A DNA stretch of 64,000 nt, from contig CP075497.1 of NCBI GenBank assembly GCA_021613535.1, positions 5,828,001 through 5,892,000 of the forward strand. The letters are read 5' to 3'. Positions 52,220 through 64,000 of this stretch are shown in pieces. Position numbers and translations under genes: made by a program. Source of the DNA: Adineta vaga. Taxonomy: Eukaryota > Animalia > Rotifera. Under the pieces are notes generated by a model. It ran no database searches. It was not told the DNA's origin and was given only the letters and a program-made list of their open reading frames with translations. Position 1 is the first letter of the stretch, and each line of letters begins with the position of its first letter.

Positions 52220-54321
52220 ATAAATGACAATAAAAAGAATCCAAAAAAGAACAATCTATAGAAAAGAAAATCCAATTAGATATATTTACATATTGTCATT
52301 TAAAACAAATGACCGAACAATTGTTAATAATCATGACAGTATGTCTTCGCGTTGATTGTGAACGTTTTCTCTTTGCTTATCAATAGGAAATCAACTTACA
52401 TTGATTTTTTTGAATAAAAATAGTATAGTTTAAAATACATTTCAGTGTTTTTCCACCATGTTGTTTTCGTTTTTACAATATAATAATTTTCTTGTCATCT
52501 ATTTTGATCACAAATCGTTAACACTCAAAATATAACTATTGTAATAATCTTGAAAGCATCGTCTCCTAGGCTTTCATATCCTGTTCGTTTGAAACCTAGT
52601 AATCAAAAGATGAGGAAAAAACAACTGATTAAACCCGAAACGCGATGATTAACACAGTAAAATCTTGTTTTTTCTTTCTTGTATTGGAAAAGTTTAAGAA
52701 TAGAAATATAAATAGTAGAAAAAACTTTCTTTGACATATCAATTTAATTATATCTGATTATCTTTTCTAAACTAAATCCTCTTGTCAATTTTTGAAAGAG
52801 AAAATGTAATAGAAAGCTTCTTAAGATATCTGTCAGTTTAAAAGAAAAGATTTATTGAAAAGAAAGATTTCTTCTCCTTGAATACATATATCTACGCAAT
52901 TTCAGACGATTGATCTCTTAAAGCAACAATATATATTATTAGTAATTATTGACAGGCAAGGTTTGTCATTGAATAATATATCTTATCTCCCTCGATAGTT
53001 TATTGTATGTTGGTTTAATATTATACTTTAATGGATTTTCTTTTCTTGTATACTATGTTGATTGATTAATCGAAAGTAGAAAGAAAAAAAAACTTACGAA
53101 TGAAAATATAAAAAATGTTCGTTGACCGATTGTAAATCGATTTATTAGCCAAAGATCTGACGAGATTGAATTATCACTATGATTAGTTGTTGATTTGAGA
53201 CTTTTTTCGTGAATATATTTTGATCGAGTGAGATTAAACATCGATGAAAACATGAGACGTTTGTTAATCGACATTAGTTTTCGACGAATAATAAATATCT
53301 AAAGAAGATTGAATGAGATGCGTGCGTGTATAGAGAGAGAGAGAGAAACTTGCAATACAAAGAAAAAGAAGAAGATAATTTATGAGAAAGATTATTGCAC
53401 GAATGTTACTATTTTTCTTTATTCTTCGATTGTCACATGAAAGAATTTCTATCTATTTCCCCTTCTTTCTTTAAGTTATATTAAAGACAGCATTATTTTG
53501 AGTTATAAAATTGTGATCAGGAAATGACGTCCAACATACCATGAGCAGTATCGGTCAAGCAGAAATGAAATGACATGCAAACTAATAGATTTAGATACTC
53601 TTATATTGACAAATCTACTAGAGAAAAGGAAAAATCTTAGTTGTCTCATGCTTGTCAATCGGCATGTTCGCCCTTCATACTGTTTATATTCAATCATATT
53701 TAGCTCCTTTTTCCCTGTTAGCATTCCTAACACATATTGTTCAAACAAGCGCACACATCCACACATATTGACTCGCTCAACAGAAAGAATGTCGGAAAAC
53801 ACAATCTCTAGCAAAGCTTTCCGTTTTTCTTTTATTGATTTAAGTACATGCTTATGTAATTGACGAGATTCATGTCTTTGTGAAATAGATCTCGTCACTT
53901 ACCTTACTTTGAAGTTGATATATCAATAATAGACTATACTATATAGTATCTCTTCGAATTCAAATCGGTTCGATTATGGAAATGAATCTATTATCATGTG
54001 ATTATTATATGCCCGACCGGAAATACCATCGTTTGCATTCTTTTCTATCTGACTCTAGCTCATTCTTCAATTATTCGTTTGTTGATGTATGCTGTTAACA
54101 CTTGCCTTGTATGCATCTATCACTCATGAAAATCTTTCTCTCTCTGTTTCTCTCGTTTTCTCTCCCTGCTAATCATATTCGAGAATTTGAAGAGATCATT
54201 CAGATTTTTCTTTTTTCTTCTCTCTCTATTTCTTCTTCTTTTTCTCGTTCTTCCACAACAATTACAAACGCTAAGTTATACATGAAGAAAAAAAATGCCG
54301 ATCTATTTCTTTTTATGCTGT

Positions 54322-55131
54322 TTATATTTTCTCATAATTAACGTCAAATTTTTGTTGTCGAACTACTTGAATACTATATCGTGCACCAGCGACTGCATAT
54401 GATACAACGCCTAACCATATGGTACGATTCGGTATAATATCTATACCTGTAGCACCACGTGCATATTTTAAAAAGATCATTCCACCAGCCAAGTAAACGA
54501 CAACAACAACAACTAATATAATAATAAAAATTGAACCACCACTCAGAGATCCATCACTTGAATACTGACATTTTCCAGGACAACAACATCTAGATTGAAG
54601 ATAGATATTAAATATCTGTTGATCATCTTGACGACCGTTGATTTTTTCTTCACCATCTTCTCGACATGTTAAATAAACAGTTAACAACATATTCGAAGTA
54701 TGATAAATAAGTGTATAAACATTTTGATGATTTTCAAAAATAGCATCGTTCTGTTTAGCAATCACAACTGATGAACCAGTATTTCTATCAGCTGGAAAAG
54801 AGAAGAATATAAATATATATATATACATATATTATATCACAAAGAAAGAATGTTGCCATTCTTTTTTTTTCTTACTATAGCATGCCGCAGCATTCGTACA
54901 ATTCCCATTTGATTTCGAATAAGGAAAACATCCATTCCAATTAAACGTATATGGAACAGGAATTGAATTAGGTATATTATCATATTTTGGTCCTTTGCCG
55001 TTTGCGTAACCTAATGGACGAATATCTAATTTTTGTCCGTTGCCAACATCATAAATGCATGATGAATCACAAGTAATAGTGTCAATAAGAAGTATAAAGA
55101 GATAACAAATCGATACATTGAAAATAGACAT
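54322..55131 (-). CDS. MRH-domain type I membrane protein (CD-M6PR/ATG27-like), copy 1, 2 exons
   Basis: Signal peptide, C...LDIRPL...YTFNWNGC...CTNAAACY/TDR...VYLTC...QSRCCCPGKC, GSLSGGSIFIII TM, ARGATGIDIIPNRTIW, terminal YEKI. Confidence 0.85.
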
Positions 55132-55247
55132 AGATATATTATAATAATAAATAAAAATACTAAAAATAAGATGATAATAAAGATAAAGTAAAAAAATCTA
55201 TATGTTTTCACAAGTGAAGTTTTATTTGATAGAAACTCTTTTCCTTT

Positions 55248-56006
55248 CTAAACACTTTCATATGAATTTTGTCCTCGAATTTTTCCCAGAACAAATCTTA
55301 CACCATAGATCGAATTACTTCCAATCTTTAACCAAAATGTTCGATGTGGTATAAGATTAATTCCGTGTTCATGCTTAACAAGTCGCAGAAAAGCAGTAGT
55401 AACAATTAAATATGTAATCAAAATAGAAAACAAAACTATGAGAAATATAGTACCACCAGTTAAACCAATCGGTGATTTTGAGGGTGTATAAGTACATTTG
55501 CCTGGACATGCACATTTACTTTCAATACGGATAAGAAATAATTTATCAGCAACTTCTGAGGCTTCAACTGTTTCAGTCGTACCACAAATAAGAAAAACCT
55601 GTAGTTTCGTATCAGCTCCATTGGTATAGATTATTGTCGATAAACCATGATTGTATGTGAATTTTCGACCTGTTTGCCGTGCAACTAATCTAGTCGTTTT
55701 TGATATATCATCCGCTTAATTTAGAAAAGAAATAGACTAGCATAACTATGCATAAATAAAGAAAAACCTACTAACACAAGCAGCCGCATTTTGACAAGCA
55801 TCTTTTGTTGAATAAGAAAAACAACCATTAAATGAATATGTCAAACTCTTTGGAGTTGAATCATGTAGATCAGTATATTTCGGTCGATCTTTGTAACCAA
55901 ATACTTTCAAATCTAAGATTCCATCATCAGTTGAATATTCACAATCATCTCCTCGAATTATATAGAGATTAAGAAGACTCAAGATGAAAATGCTTGAAAC
56001 TAGCAT
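55248..56006 (-). CDS. MRH-domain type I membrane protein (CD-M6PR/ATG27-like), copy 2, 2 exons
   Basis: MLVSSIFILSLL signal, LDLKVF...YSFNGC...CQNAAACV/TDD...VFLIC...ESKCACPGKC, GLTGGTIFLI TM, GINLIPHRTFW, terminal YESV. Same intron position and phase as copy 1. Confidence 0.85.
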
Positions 56007-56624
56007 AACTATATGCAAAAAAAAGTCTAATATTCAACAATAGATATCTATATCATTCGTTTGTATAGAAGATAAGAACATTTAACACAAGAATGATAAG
56101 TTATATACACAATGACTAAGAGAAATATTCGTGTATTCGTCCATAGTACATCTTCATACTTTATGAATAGACGAGAAAGAAAAAAGATTCTTTTGGAAAC
56201 TTTCGATGTTTCAAGACACCTAAGTGTACAATGAATTCTTTACATGTTGACAAGATTATCTTATCTATAAACAATATGATCGTAAACATATAATCTATTT
56301 CTGTCTGAAGAATTTTATCTATTTAAGATACTCGTTCACACTAGAGAATGTTTTGATCACTTTAAATAGGTTTAAATAGGTGGGTCTATATGTCTTTGAT
56401 CGTTGTCTCTTTTGCTATATTTCATCTTATCAAATCTATGACATAAGAATATTTATTTACATTTGACTTTGTTGACGAAAGGGCATAATTGTTCTTTCGT
56501 TTCTAATGATCATTAACGAACGAACAAAATAAAAAAGAAAAATGAGAAGAAAAGGAAACAATTACCGATTTGTGACTCGATCATATGCACACATCGATAT
56601 ATGACATAGCTGGACGTCGAGTGT

Positions 56625-57954
56625 ATGTTCACCGAAACATTAAATTCAATATCTGAAAACGAAGATAGTATAGAATTAGAAATATCAATGGAGGAACCTG
56701 ATGAAGATGAAAATGAAGAATTTCCACCACTACCATCAGATATTGATATACCACCATCATTTACAAATACTCCTGATCCGTATGATAATCGACATCATGC
56801 AATTGATCTCTTTTATTGCGCATCACCACCATTACCTTCACCACCAGCATTATCACCATTGGCACCACCGCCCACAACATCAAAAGGAACAATGGAACGA
56901 ATCTATGCAAATGCTCATACTTTTTCTTCCATTCGAAATCATGGTAGTATGAATCAAGTGACATTTGCATTTGCTACTCAACATAAGAAAAAAGCTCGAG
57001 CACCAATTGCTTGTCAATTTCAAAGTATATATGTTAATATTCCCATATCACCTCCATTACCACCGCCACCGCCACCACTACCTTTATCACCGTCACCACT
57101 TCCATCACCCTCACCACCGCCACCAGCACTCTCAAAACCGGTCAATACATCCAATGAGGTGACATACGCTACGTTACTAAATACAACATCGCTTGCACCT
57201 TCAATTTTTTCTGATGTAACGATAAATCATGTTGAATATCAACAGATTCAAATTCAACATAAATCTGAACAGAAAAATCCCACTCAACTTTATGAAAATA
57301 TTTCAATTCGGCGACCACCTCCACCACCCTGTTATTCACCAGCGCCTTCTATTTCTATTGATATTGACAAACCATTATCACCGTTGAAAATAGACGAGGC
57401 TATTATCAATCCACCATCATTTGAACATACCTATATTAATTTGAAATATGATGACGATAAACCACCCATTATTCCCACACGCACATCTAAATCAATTCCA
57501 ACTACTATTCAAGTATCACCACCACCACCACCTATAATACCACGGAGAAATGAACAAAAATTAGAGGTTCGCTGTGATTCTACAAGTGTTTCCATTTCTT
57601 CTATAGAAAAAGAACAACAAGAAAAAGATTCGAATGTCCATGAAACTAGTTCGAATGCTAGTACAGTTCAAGTAAGCTTATTGATGTATTTTTAGAAATG
57701 GAAAAATTCATTTTTTTAAATATTTACTATTTCTAGACAGTTAAAGAAGTTGAAATAAATACAAATTCTAATTACGATAACAAAAAGATTGATGTCCATC
57801 AGACAAAAACATCCGTTACGACAGCAGAAAATCTTCCATCTACAACGAATGCACATCGACGACGAGCATTACATAGTATTCGACGACGTCGTTTACGTGG
57901 TTCAATAGCTTTACGTAGTAATACAAGAATGCCAACAAATCAGAATACAAATCG

Positions 57955-58013
<59 letters not shown>

Positions 58014-59821
58014 GTTCAAATATGAATGTCACAGTTCGTCATCCAATGATTACAGATGATCGATGGCGACGAACATTACGAAAACGACGACGACAACGTG
58101 TAGTACAAATGAAATTAGATGGAAATGTCTTACATCAACAAATGAAATCAATAAGACCTATATCTGATCATACTTATAACGAAATAAAACAACCGATTCT
58201 TTCAACTAATGTAATACATACTAATGAGTACAATGCAGCAACGAGTGGTGTGCTTGAACGTGCTATGCAATTTAATGGAGCGTTAAGAGATCGAGTTTTC
58301 TCATGGTATCGAGGAGCAAATAATAACGAACGTGAACAACAACAACAACAACAACATCAAGATCAACACCAAGAATCAACACCATCGCAAGGTCTTTCAA
58401 CATCAGAAAATGGCGAATCCAATCAAAAGGTAATTAAACTAAATTCACATGTTTCTCAATTATTTTTTCTTTGAGGTCAAACAGAAACGTTGCGCTATGT
58501 TGTAATCATAATTCTATTTCATATTAAAAATTTTAGGAAGTCATCGTAAATGAAGATGGAGAGGAAGAAGAAGAAGAAGAAGAAGAAGAGGATGAAGAAG
58601 AATTTTTTACGCATGATACATTTGAAGATTTCCTTTTACGACGTCGACCGAAATCGTCAGCGTCTACTACTGCAAGTGTCACTAGCACCGTTGTGTCACA
58701 TGTTGAATCTGTTTCTCAACGTATTCCTATCCGAACACCTCTAAAACCAAAAACACATCTTGCTCGTCCTCCGCCACCACCTCCACCTTTGCCACCAACA
58801 CCACCACCAACAGCTCGTCGTTTTCCAGGTTTAGCACTAAGTCTAGATAAAACTGATGTCGATTTCATTCATAATATTCTTCAACGTACACGTGGTGATC
58901 ATCGTGTATGGAATCGAATTACAGCACTTAAAGAAGCGTATATTCGTGCGACAAGTAAAAAAAATGATCAACCAAAAAAACCTAAACCCGTTGAAACTCA
59001 AATGGATGAAAAGAAAAAGAAGAAAGCTATGCTAATGAAACATTCATTAGCAGCGACGAAAATTCGTGCTGAACTGGAAAAATATGATGAATTACCTGCT
59101 AGTTCAGCAACAATTATTGATGAAGATGATTATGATGAAACATGTTCAGTAGCTGATCATCGTAAAATTAATTATAATGTACATCATCGTTCAGTTCCAA
59201 CTATACCTCGGACACCATCCACAGCACATCGAGTTCTAAGTTTTGTTACTTCAATTAAACGACGTGCTCAAAATAATGTACAACAAATACAAAAAAATTT
59301 TCATGATATTCGTTCTCGAGTTCATATTGAATCTGCAGCTATTCCTCCGACTCATATTAGTGTACAACGGCATACCTCACATGTATCACGACAAAATCAA
59401 ATATTAAAAGTAAACTGTTAATATCTCTTTCTTCTCATCACTTATCATTTTCTTATTCTAGGAGCCATCGAGTACCACTCGCATACGTTCATCACGCATA
59501 GAATCAACGTCTAATGCAAATACTCTAGTTCGTCGTACGAATAGTCATCGTTCAGTTACTTCTACAGAACATTCGAATACTTTACGTCGTCAACAAGTGA
59601 ATCGTACACAATCTAATGTATCTCAATTACCTCAAGAACGACAGACGCATCGTCAACATTCTCGTGTAACAAATGATAGATCAGTCGCTGCCGTCGATCG
59701 ATCAGCAAGTTTAACAAATCGTCCTGCACCTGTTGAACGCGGTTCCTCACAAAAAACTCAAAATAGAGTAATATCACATCGACAACATGTAAAAAAGTCA
59801 GTTAATAAAACTCTTTCGTAA
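56625..59821 (+). CDS. Large disordered Pro-rich/polyQ adaptor-like protein with multiple Tyr motifs, 4 exons
   Basis: Exons 56625-57670, 57737-58429, 58537-59409 and 59462-59821 all join at phase 0; poly-P, poly-Q and poly-E tracts. Confidence 0.8.
57956..58012 (+). repeat. (CAA/CAG)n coding repeat, about 19 Gln
   Basis: caacaacaa...cagcagcag...caacagcag inside exon 2. Confidence 0.9.
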
Positions 59822-62800
59822 TCTAAATATTTTGTGCCTCATATGTTAATGAATAAAAATAATAATCGTCTTCGATATAATATACGTGAATAATACTTTT
59901 TGTTTCATTTACTAGATATTTGAGTCTATGAAAAACTCAATATTAAATCAATGTTTCACTTCTATAAATTTTATCAAACGATTACTATACCCTAAAACTA
60001 ATTTGATCTATTAATGACTGCATAGTTACTGTGTGGCTTTGCCTCAACATTTTCTAGAACAAAAGCTGCCGTGCCAAATAAAACTAATAAAGGAACTAAT
60101 TCTTGTACTTACTATTAACATCTTATGTGATCAAAATATCAAATAAGCATAGAATTCTCTTCATCATGGATGTGAATATGGAATCGAAGATAGTTTCAAT
60201 AGTCGAAGAGGAGGAAGTATGGAATCTCTTTCATACTAATACATACAGTAGGCGGAAAACTCCACCCTCAAGATTGATGAGACTATACTATCATAAAGTG
60301 ATTCCGAACTAATATCAAATAGAACGAATTCGATTTGACACATTGGAATAAGTATTAGTTACATTGACAAGGAATTGTAAAATCAAGCACTAGCTTTTGT
60401 TTTATATGAGAAAGAACACTAATTGTAAAGAGAATCTACCAATCGTATACTATTTATCTGATAGTTTCTACCTTCAAATATGCTTTCGACGATTAATGAA
60501 TAATCAATTATTCTGCTATTCAAATAACACGTTTAAAACGTAACGAGCATGTTGTTGACATACATTTTATAGAAGAATAAATGAACGATTTAAGCAGCAT
60601 AGAAGTGTAAGAAAAAGACTTCTGTAAAAACAAACCGATCAAATATTCGAATCTATTTTCTGTTCTCATAGTGTAATTGTAAGGATTCAAGTTTTAGTCA
60701 ATAAACAAAACGAGACAATTTTATTTATTTATCTGTTTCATCTTTACGAAGCTTCTCACTTTTGATAGATGAAAACCCATGAAGTTTTATCTTTTCAATT
60801 CAAAAAGTAACGCTTTAAACTGTAACAAACTTTAGTAATTCTTACTTTTAGAGATGAATTTCTGAAATTAAAATTTCATACGAAAAAAGAAGATCTTCTA
60901 CCTACGATGACGAATTATGACATTTGTGATATTGTTGGAATAATCAATTTTACTAACTGCGCACTCCTATACTTAGCATTCAAAATACTAATTGAACAAG
61001 TATATTTCATTGCAAAACTTAACTCATCGTTGTATTTTAATAGATCTATTTATATTAGTTTGATAATGAACCCAGTATGATCATTTTCATAAAAGATTGA
61101 GGACAAATGAAGAAAACTTTGAACATATTTAATCTCAATCCAAATTTTTAGAAAAACAAATGTTAAGTAGTTCAACAGATTCAGCTTTAGCACAATGAAG
61201 AACTTGAAAATATAATTGAGTGTCTTCTGTTTTTCTTATATCATTTGTGAACATCAATCTCATGAGTATTGTTAGACATATTGTATTATTTTGAAACTTT
61301 TGAATATATCCTGATTTATCAATGAACACTATCTGATTTTGCAAATCTGTTCAGCATTCGATAAATCGATATGAATAATAATATCATTATTAAAAATCAG
61401 CGATACATATTTTAAAGATAAATTCATAGTAGTTTTTTGTACTTTTATCAGATTTATATTTGATTTGATTGTTCCATTATTATTATTATGATATACATTG
61501 TGAGTTTCATTATATTTAAATTTAGTTCCGTTACTATTCCCACTAGTCATTATAGATACACGAGTAGCTTTTCTCTCAAGTGTAACTCAGATAGGAAAAA
61601 AAGTGTTGATGTTATGGTTGATAGATTCAACCACTCAAGGTTAGTTTTAAACGAATAGGGATTTTCTACCCAATGATAGTCTTATCGACTTAACGATAAT
61701 CAACAACAGTTGTATAGTCTGTGTTGTTGCTGATGATTGAAGGCATGTAAATTGCTCGAAACTCTCGCCTATTTGACATTATTACTAAAGATCTGATAAG
61801 AAAATAAATAAAGGTTAATAGAAACCAATTGCAAGTATTCAACTTCTACTCAAATAGTACTCTTCATTATGTTGTTTTTCTTCGGATAACGATAATATTT
61901 TGCACTTATCAATAATAAGCATAGATCATAAATATATTCGTTTAAGTAGATAAATATGCTGATATTGAGAAACAAAATCAAGTTGTTAAATATCAATCCT
62001 AAGTTATGCATCGACATATATGTCGAGAAAACACTTCTAATGTTTTTTCGTTACTAGCAAAACAGTTTTTCTTTCTCTCATAAAATCTTGATTAGATTTC
62101 TACTTGTTAAAAATAAGAAAATCATAGAATAACAATAACATTGACATGTCAAATGTCATTTTCACTATCATAAATATATTTTATATTTTTTTCTCTGGGG
62201 TTCCATCTCTATTATTTCTTATAGATTTGTATATATATATATATATATATATTGTTATGTCAAAACTAAATCTCTCAATCATAATCATTATCTATGATGA
62301 ATTTGGTCGAAAAAATTTTCTTCTTGAACGATCTTTGTCGTCTGAATTTGTTTGCTAATATTCCAATCGGAAGTCAATCAGTATGAAGCTAAGAACGAAA
62401 GGAAAAAATGGCATAGAACAGATGTTTGATCTATCGTTAGTTTTGTCACAAGTCCAGACTGTAATATATAGACAAATTTTTCTGCAAGGTAATCTCATCC
62501 TAATATACACATCTGTATGCATGTGTTTTCTCTGTGCACGATATCCACAGAAAAGAAAAATCTATCTTGTCATGTACACATTTATTCCAGTTGTTGATGA
62601 AATATGCATGTGAAATTAGACGAATGACATAGTAGAGAAGGTAGTAGTTATTCCTTCTTCTTCTTTTTTTCTTTTCTTTCGTTAGTTCCCGGTGAAGATG
62701 ATGATGTTACTCAGACGTTATTTTACTAGTACGCTAGATGGAAGAGATAGGAAACAACAACGAATCAACATACAGCCTTTTCATTAGTACTATCAAGCGT

Positions 62801-63699
62801 GCACGACAACTCTTCCTCTTGCCGTTAGTTCAAATCCTTTTTCTTTCTCTACACTAGCAATAACATCGATGGTTCGTCGTTTGTATTCGTCTTCTCTTCT
62901 CACGTCCTTTTCTTTACTTCTCTTTCTCTCTTTTTGCACTACAGTTCCAAACATGTATGCGTTCTAAATTTCTGTCAATCAGTACATCATATTCTTCTAG
63001 CTATCCTGTACATCATTTCTTTGTTTATGATGACGAGATCATTTTTTTTCTGTTTTGTTAATGTGTCAATGTTAGTTTGTGTTGTTTTCAAGACACTTTT
63101 TTAGGAAGTAGATACGATTATGTTGAGAGAAATATAGATATAGATATAGATATATATATATATATATACAAATATTAAAAATAAAAGATGCAGAAGAACA
63201 AGAAGAAAAAAAAATAAGATGTCACTCTTTCTCTTGCGCTCTACTGACGCGTGCGGTGAAACAAAAGAACAGAGGTAACTTTGAGAAAAAAAAAGAAGAA
63301 GAATGAGAGAGAACGTCCTTCGTACTTTCACAACTTTTCTTTTTCTACTATCAAACATGCGCTATCTACAACCTAGGGAGTGGATCCATGCAGATTTATC
63401 TCGCAAGTATCCCCGTCGATCTATTCCGAGCTCAATATTTTGATTAAAAAAGTGTCACGTTTCCGAATAAGAACAAAACTGTAAATACATTAGACACATC
63501 GACAGATATACAATGACAAAATGCAGAACTTGTCTTCGACTAAAGGAACCTTTTTTTATTCGTTCTTTTCTGACTCTCAAGCGTATGTGAATGACAAGAA
63601 AAATATCAAAATAAGACATAGAACACAAACAACAATGCATTTCTATAAAATAAAAAATCTTTCTTATACTTTCAGATGATTTCTTTTTATGATTAAATA

Positions 63700-63960
63700 A
63701 TGGCATCATCAAACAATAAACTTGAAAATAGTTATTTCTTCTATGGTACTCATCCTGTAAAAGTACCACATACACTTACACATGCCAGTTCAACAACTAG
63801 TTTATCAACATCATCTACAGATCAAAATTCCAATCATTTATCACTTAATTCAACCAATAGTAATCAAAATCATTTTCGTCATGGATTTCTTTCGACAACA
63901 GCACATTCATTAAATAATCTTACAACATCTAATGAAACTTCTGAAGACAACAATACTGAG
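63700..63960 (+). CDS. First coding exon of a gene continuing beyond the window
   Basis: Acceptor ttcag at about 63676, ATG 63700 MASSNNKLENSYFFYGTHPVK..., donor GAG|GTAAAA at 63961. Confidence 0.6.
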
Positions 63961-64000
63961 GTAAAACATAAGAGAAGTTTTTATTTCATAAATTAGTTGT

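Noticed and set aside
55737-56018. CTAGCATAACTA occurring twice, resembling the start of the T7 terminator
   Set aside because: No following hairpin; short chance or local duplication, not vector sequence.
415-58744. Many short ORF-track entries rich in H/Q/I/L or F/L (e.g. 415-615, 9247-9495, 15335-15586, 41389-41697, 56701-56952, 58550-58744)
   Set aside because: Alternate-frame or antisense shadows of real exons or of microsatellite-rich UTR; no independent domain signal.
59900-62100. Possible decayed mobile element or gene in the long intergenic stretch (ORFs 61135-61550)
   Set aside because: No terminal repeats, target-site duplication or transposase/RT motifs seen.
1-64000. tRNA, rRNA, snRNA genes, CRISPR arrays, telomeric repeats
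   Set aside because: No cloverleaf/box A-B, rRNA, snRNA or repeat-spacer pattern recognised by eye; a covariance-model scan would be needed to exclude them.

Overview
AT-rich eukaryotic, animal-type genomic DNA, densely packed with about 21 protein-coding genes. Introns are mostly 48-70 nt GT-AG. Gene content and intron style are most consistent with a bdelloid rotifer (inference, not verified). Recognisable genes: BTB-BACK-Kelch, an intronless SDR, Siah, OGFOD2, mab-21, a secreted 6-Cys propeptide, MED10, Mox homeobox, hnRNP K, FBXO7-like, tra2, CCDC33-like, C1GALT1, ENPP, NOL4-like, a PH-TBC(-propeller) RabGAP, two tandem MRH/M6PR-like receptors and several large low-complexity proteins. 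I spliced most genes by hand. Most notable: (1) the intronless, bacterial-looking SDR ORF lies sense-strand between a splice donor and the kelch gene's 5'UTR acceptor, with its stop 65 nt from the kelch ATG, suggesting an intron-nested or dicistronic unit; (2) an unfamiliar signal-acidic pro-KR-6Cys peptide precursor; (3) single-base frame defects in otherwise intact OGFOD2, mab-21 and a large scaffold gene; (4) a candidate tra2 poison exon plus 3'UTR splice sites. No tRNA, rRNA, CRISPR array or intact transposon was recognised.
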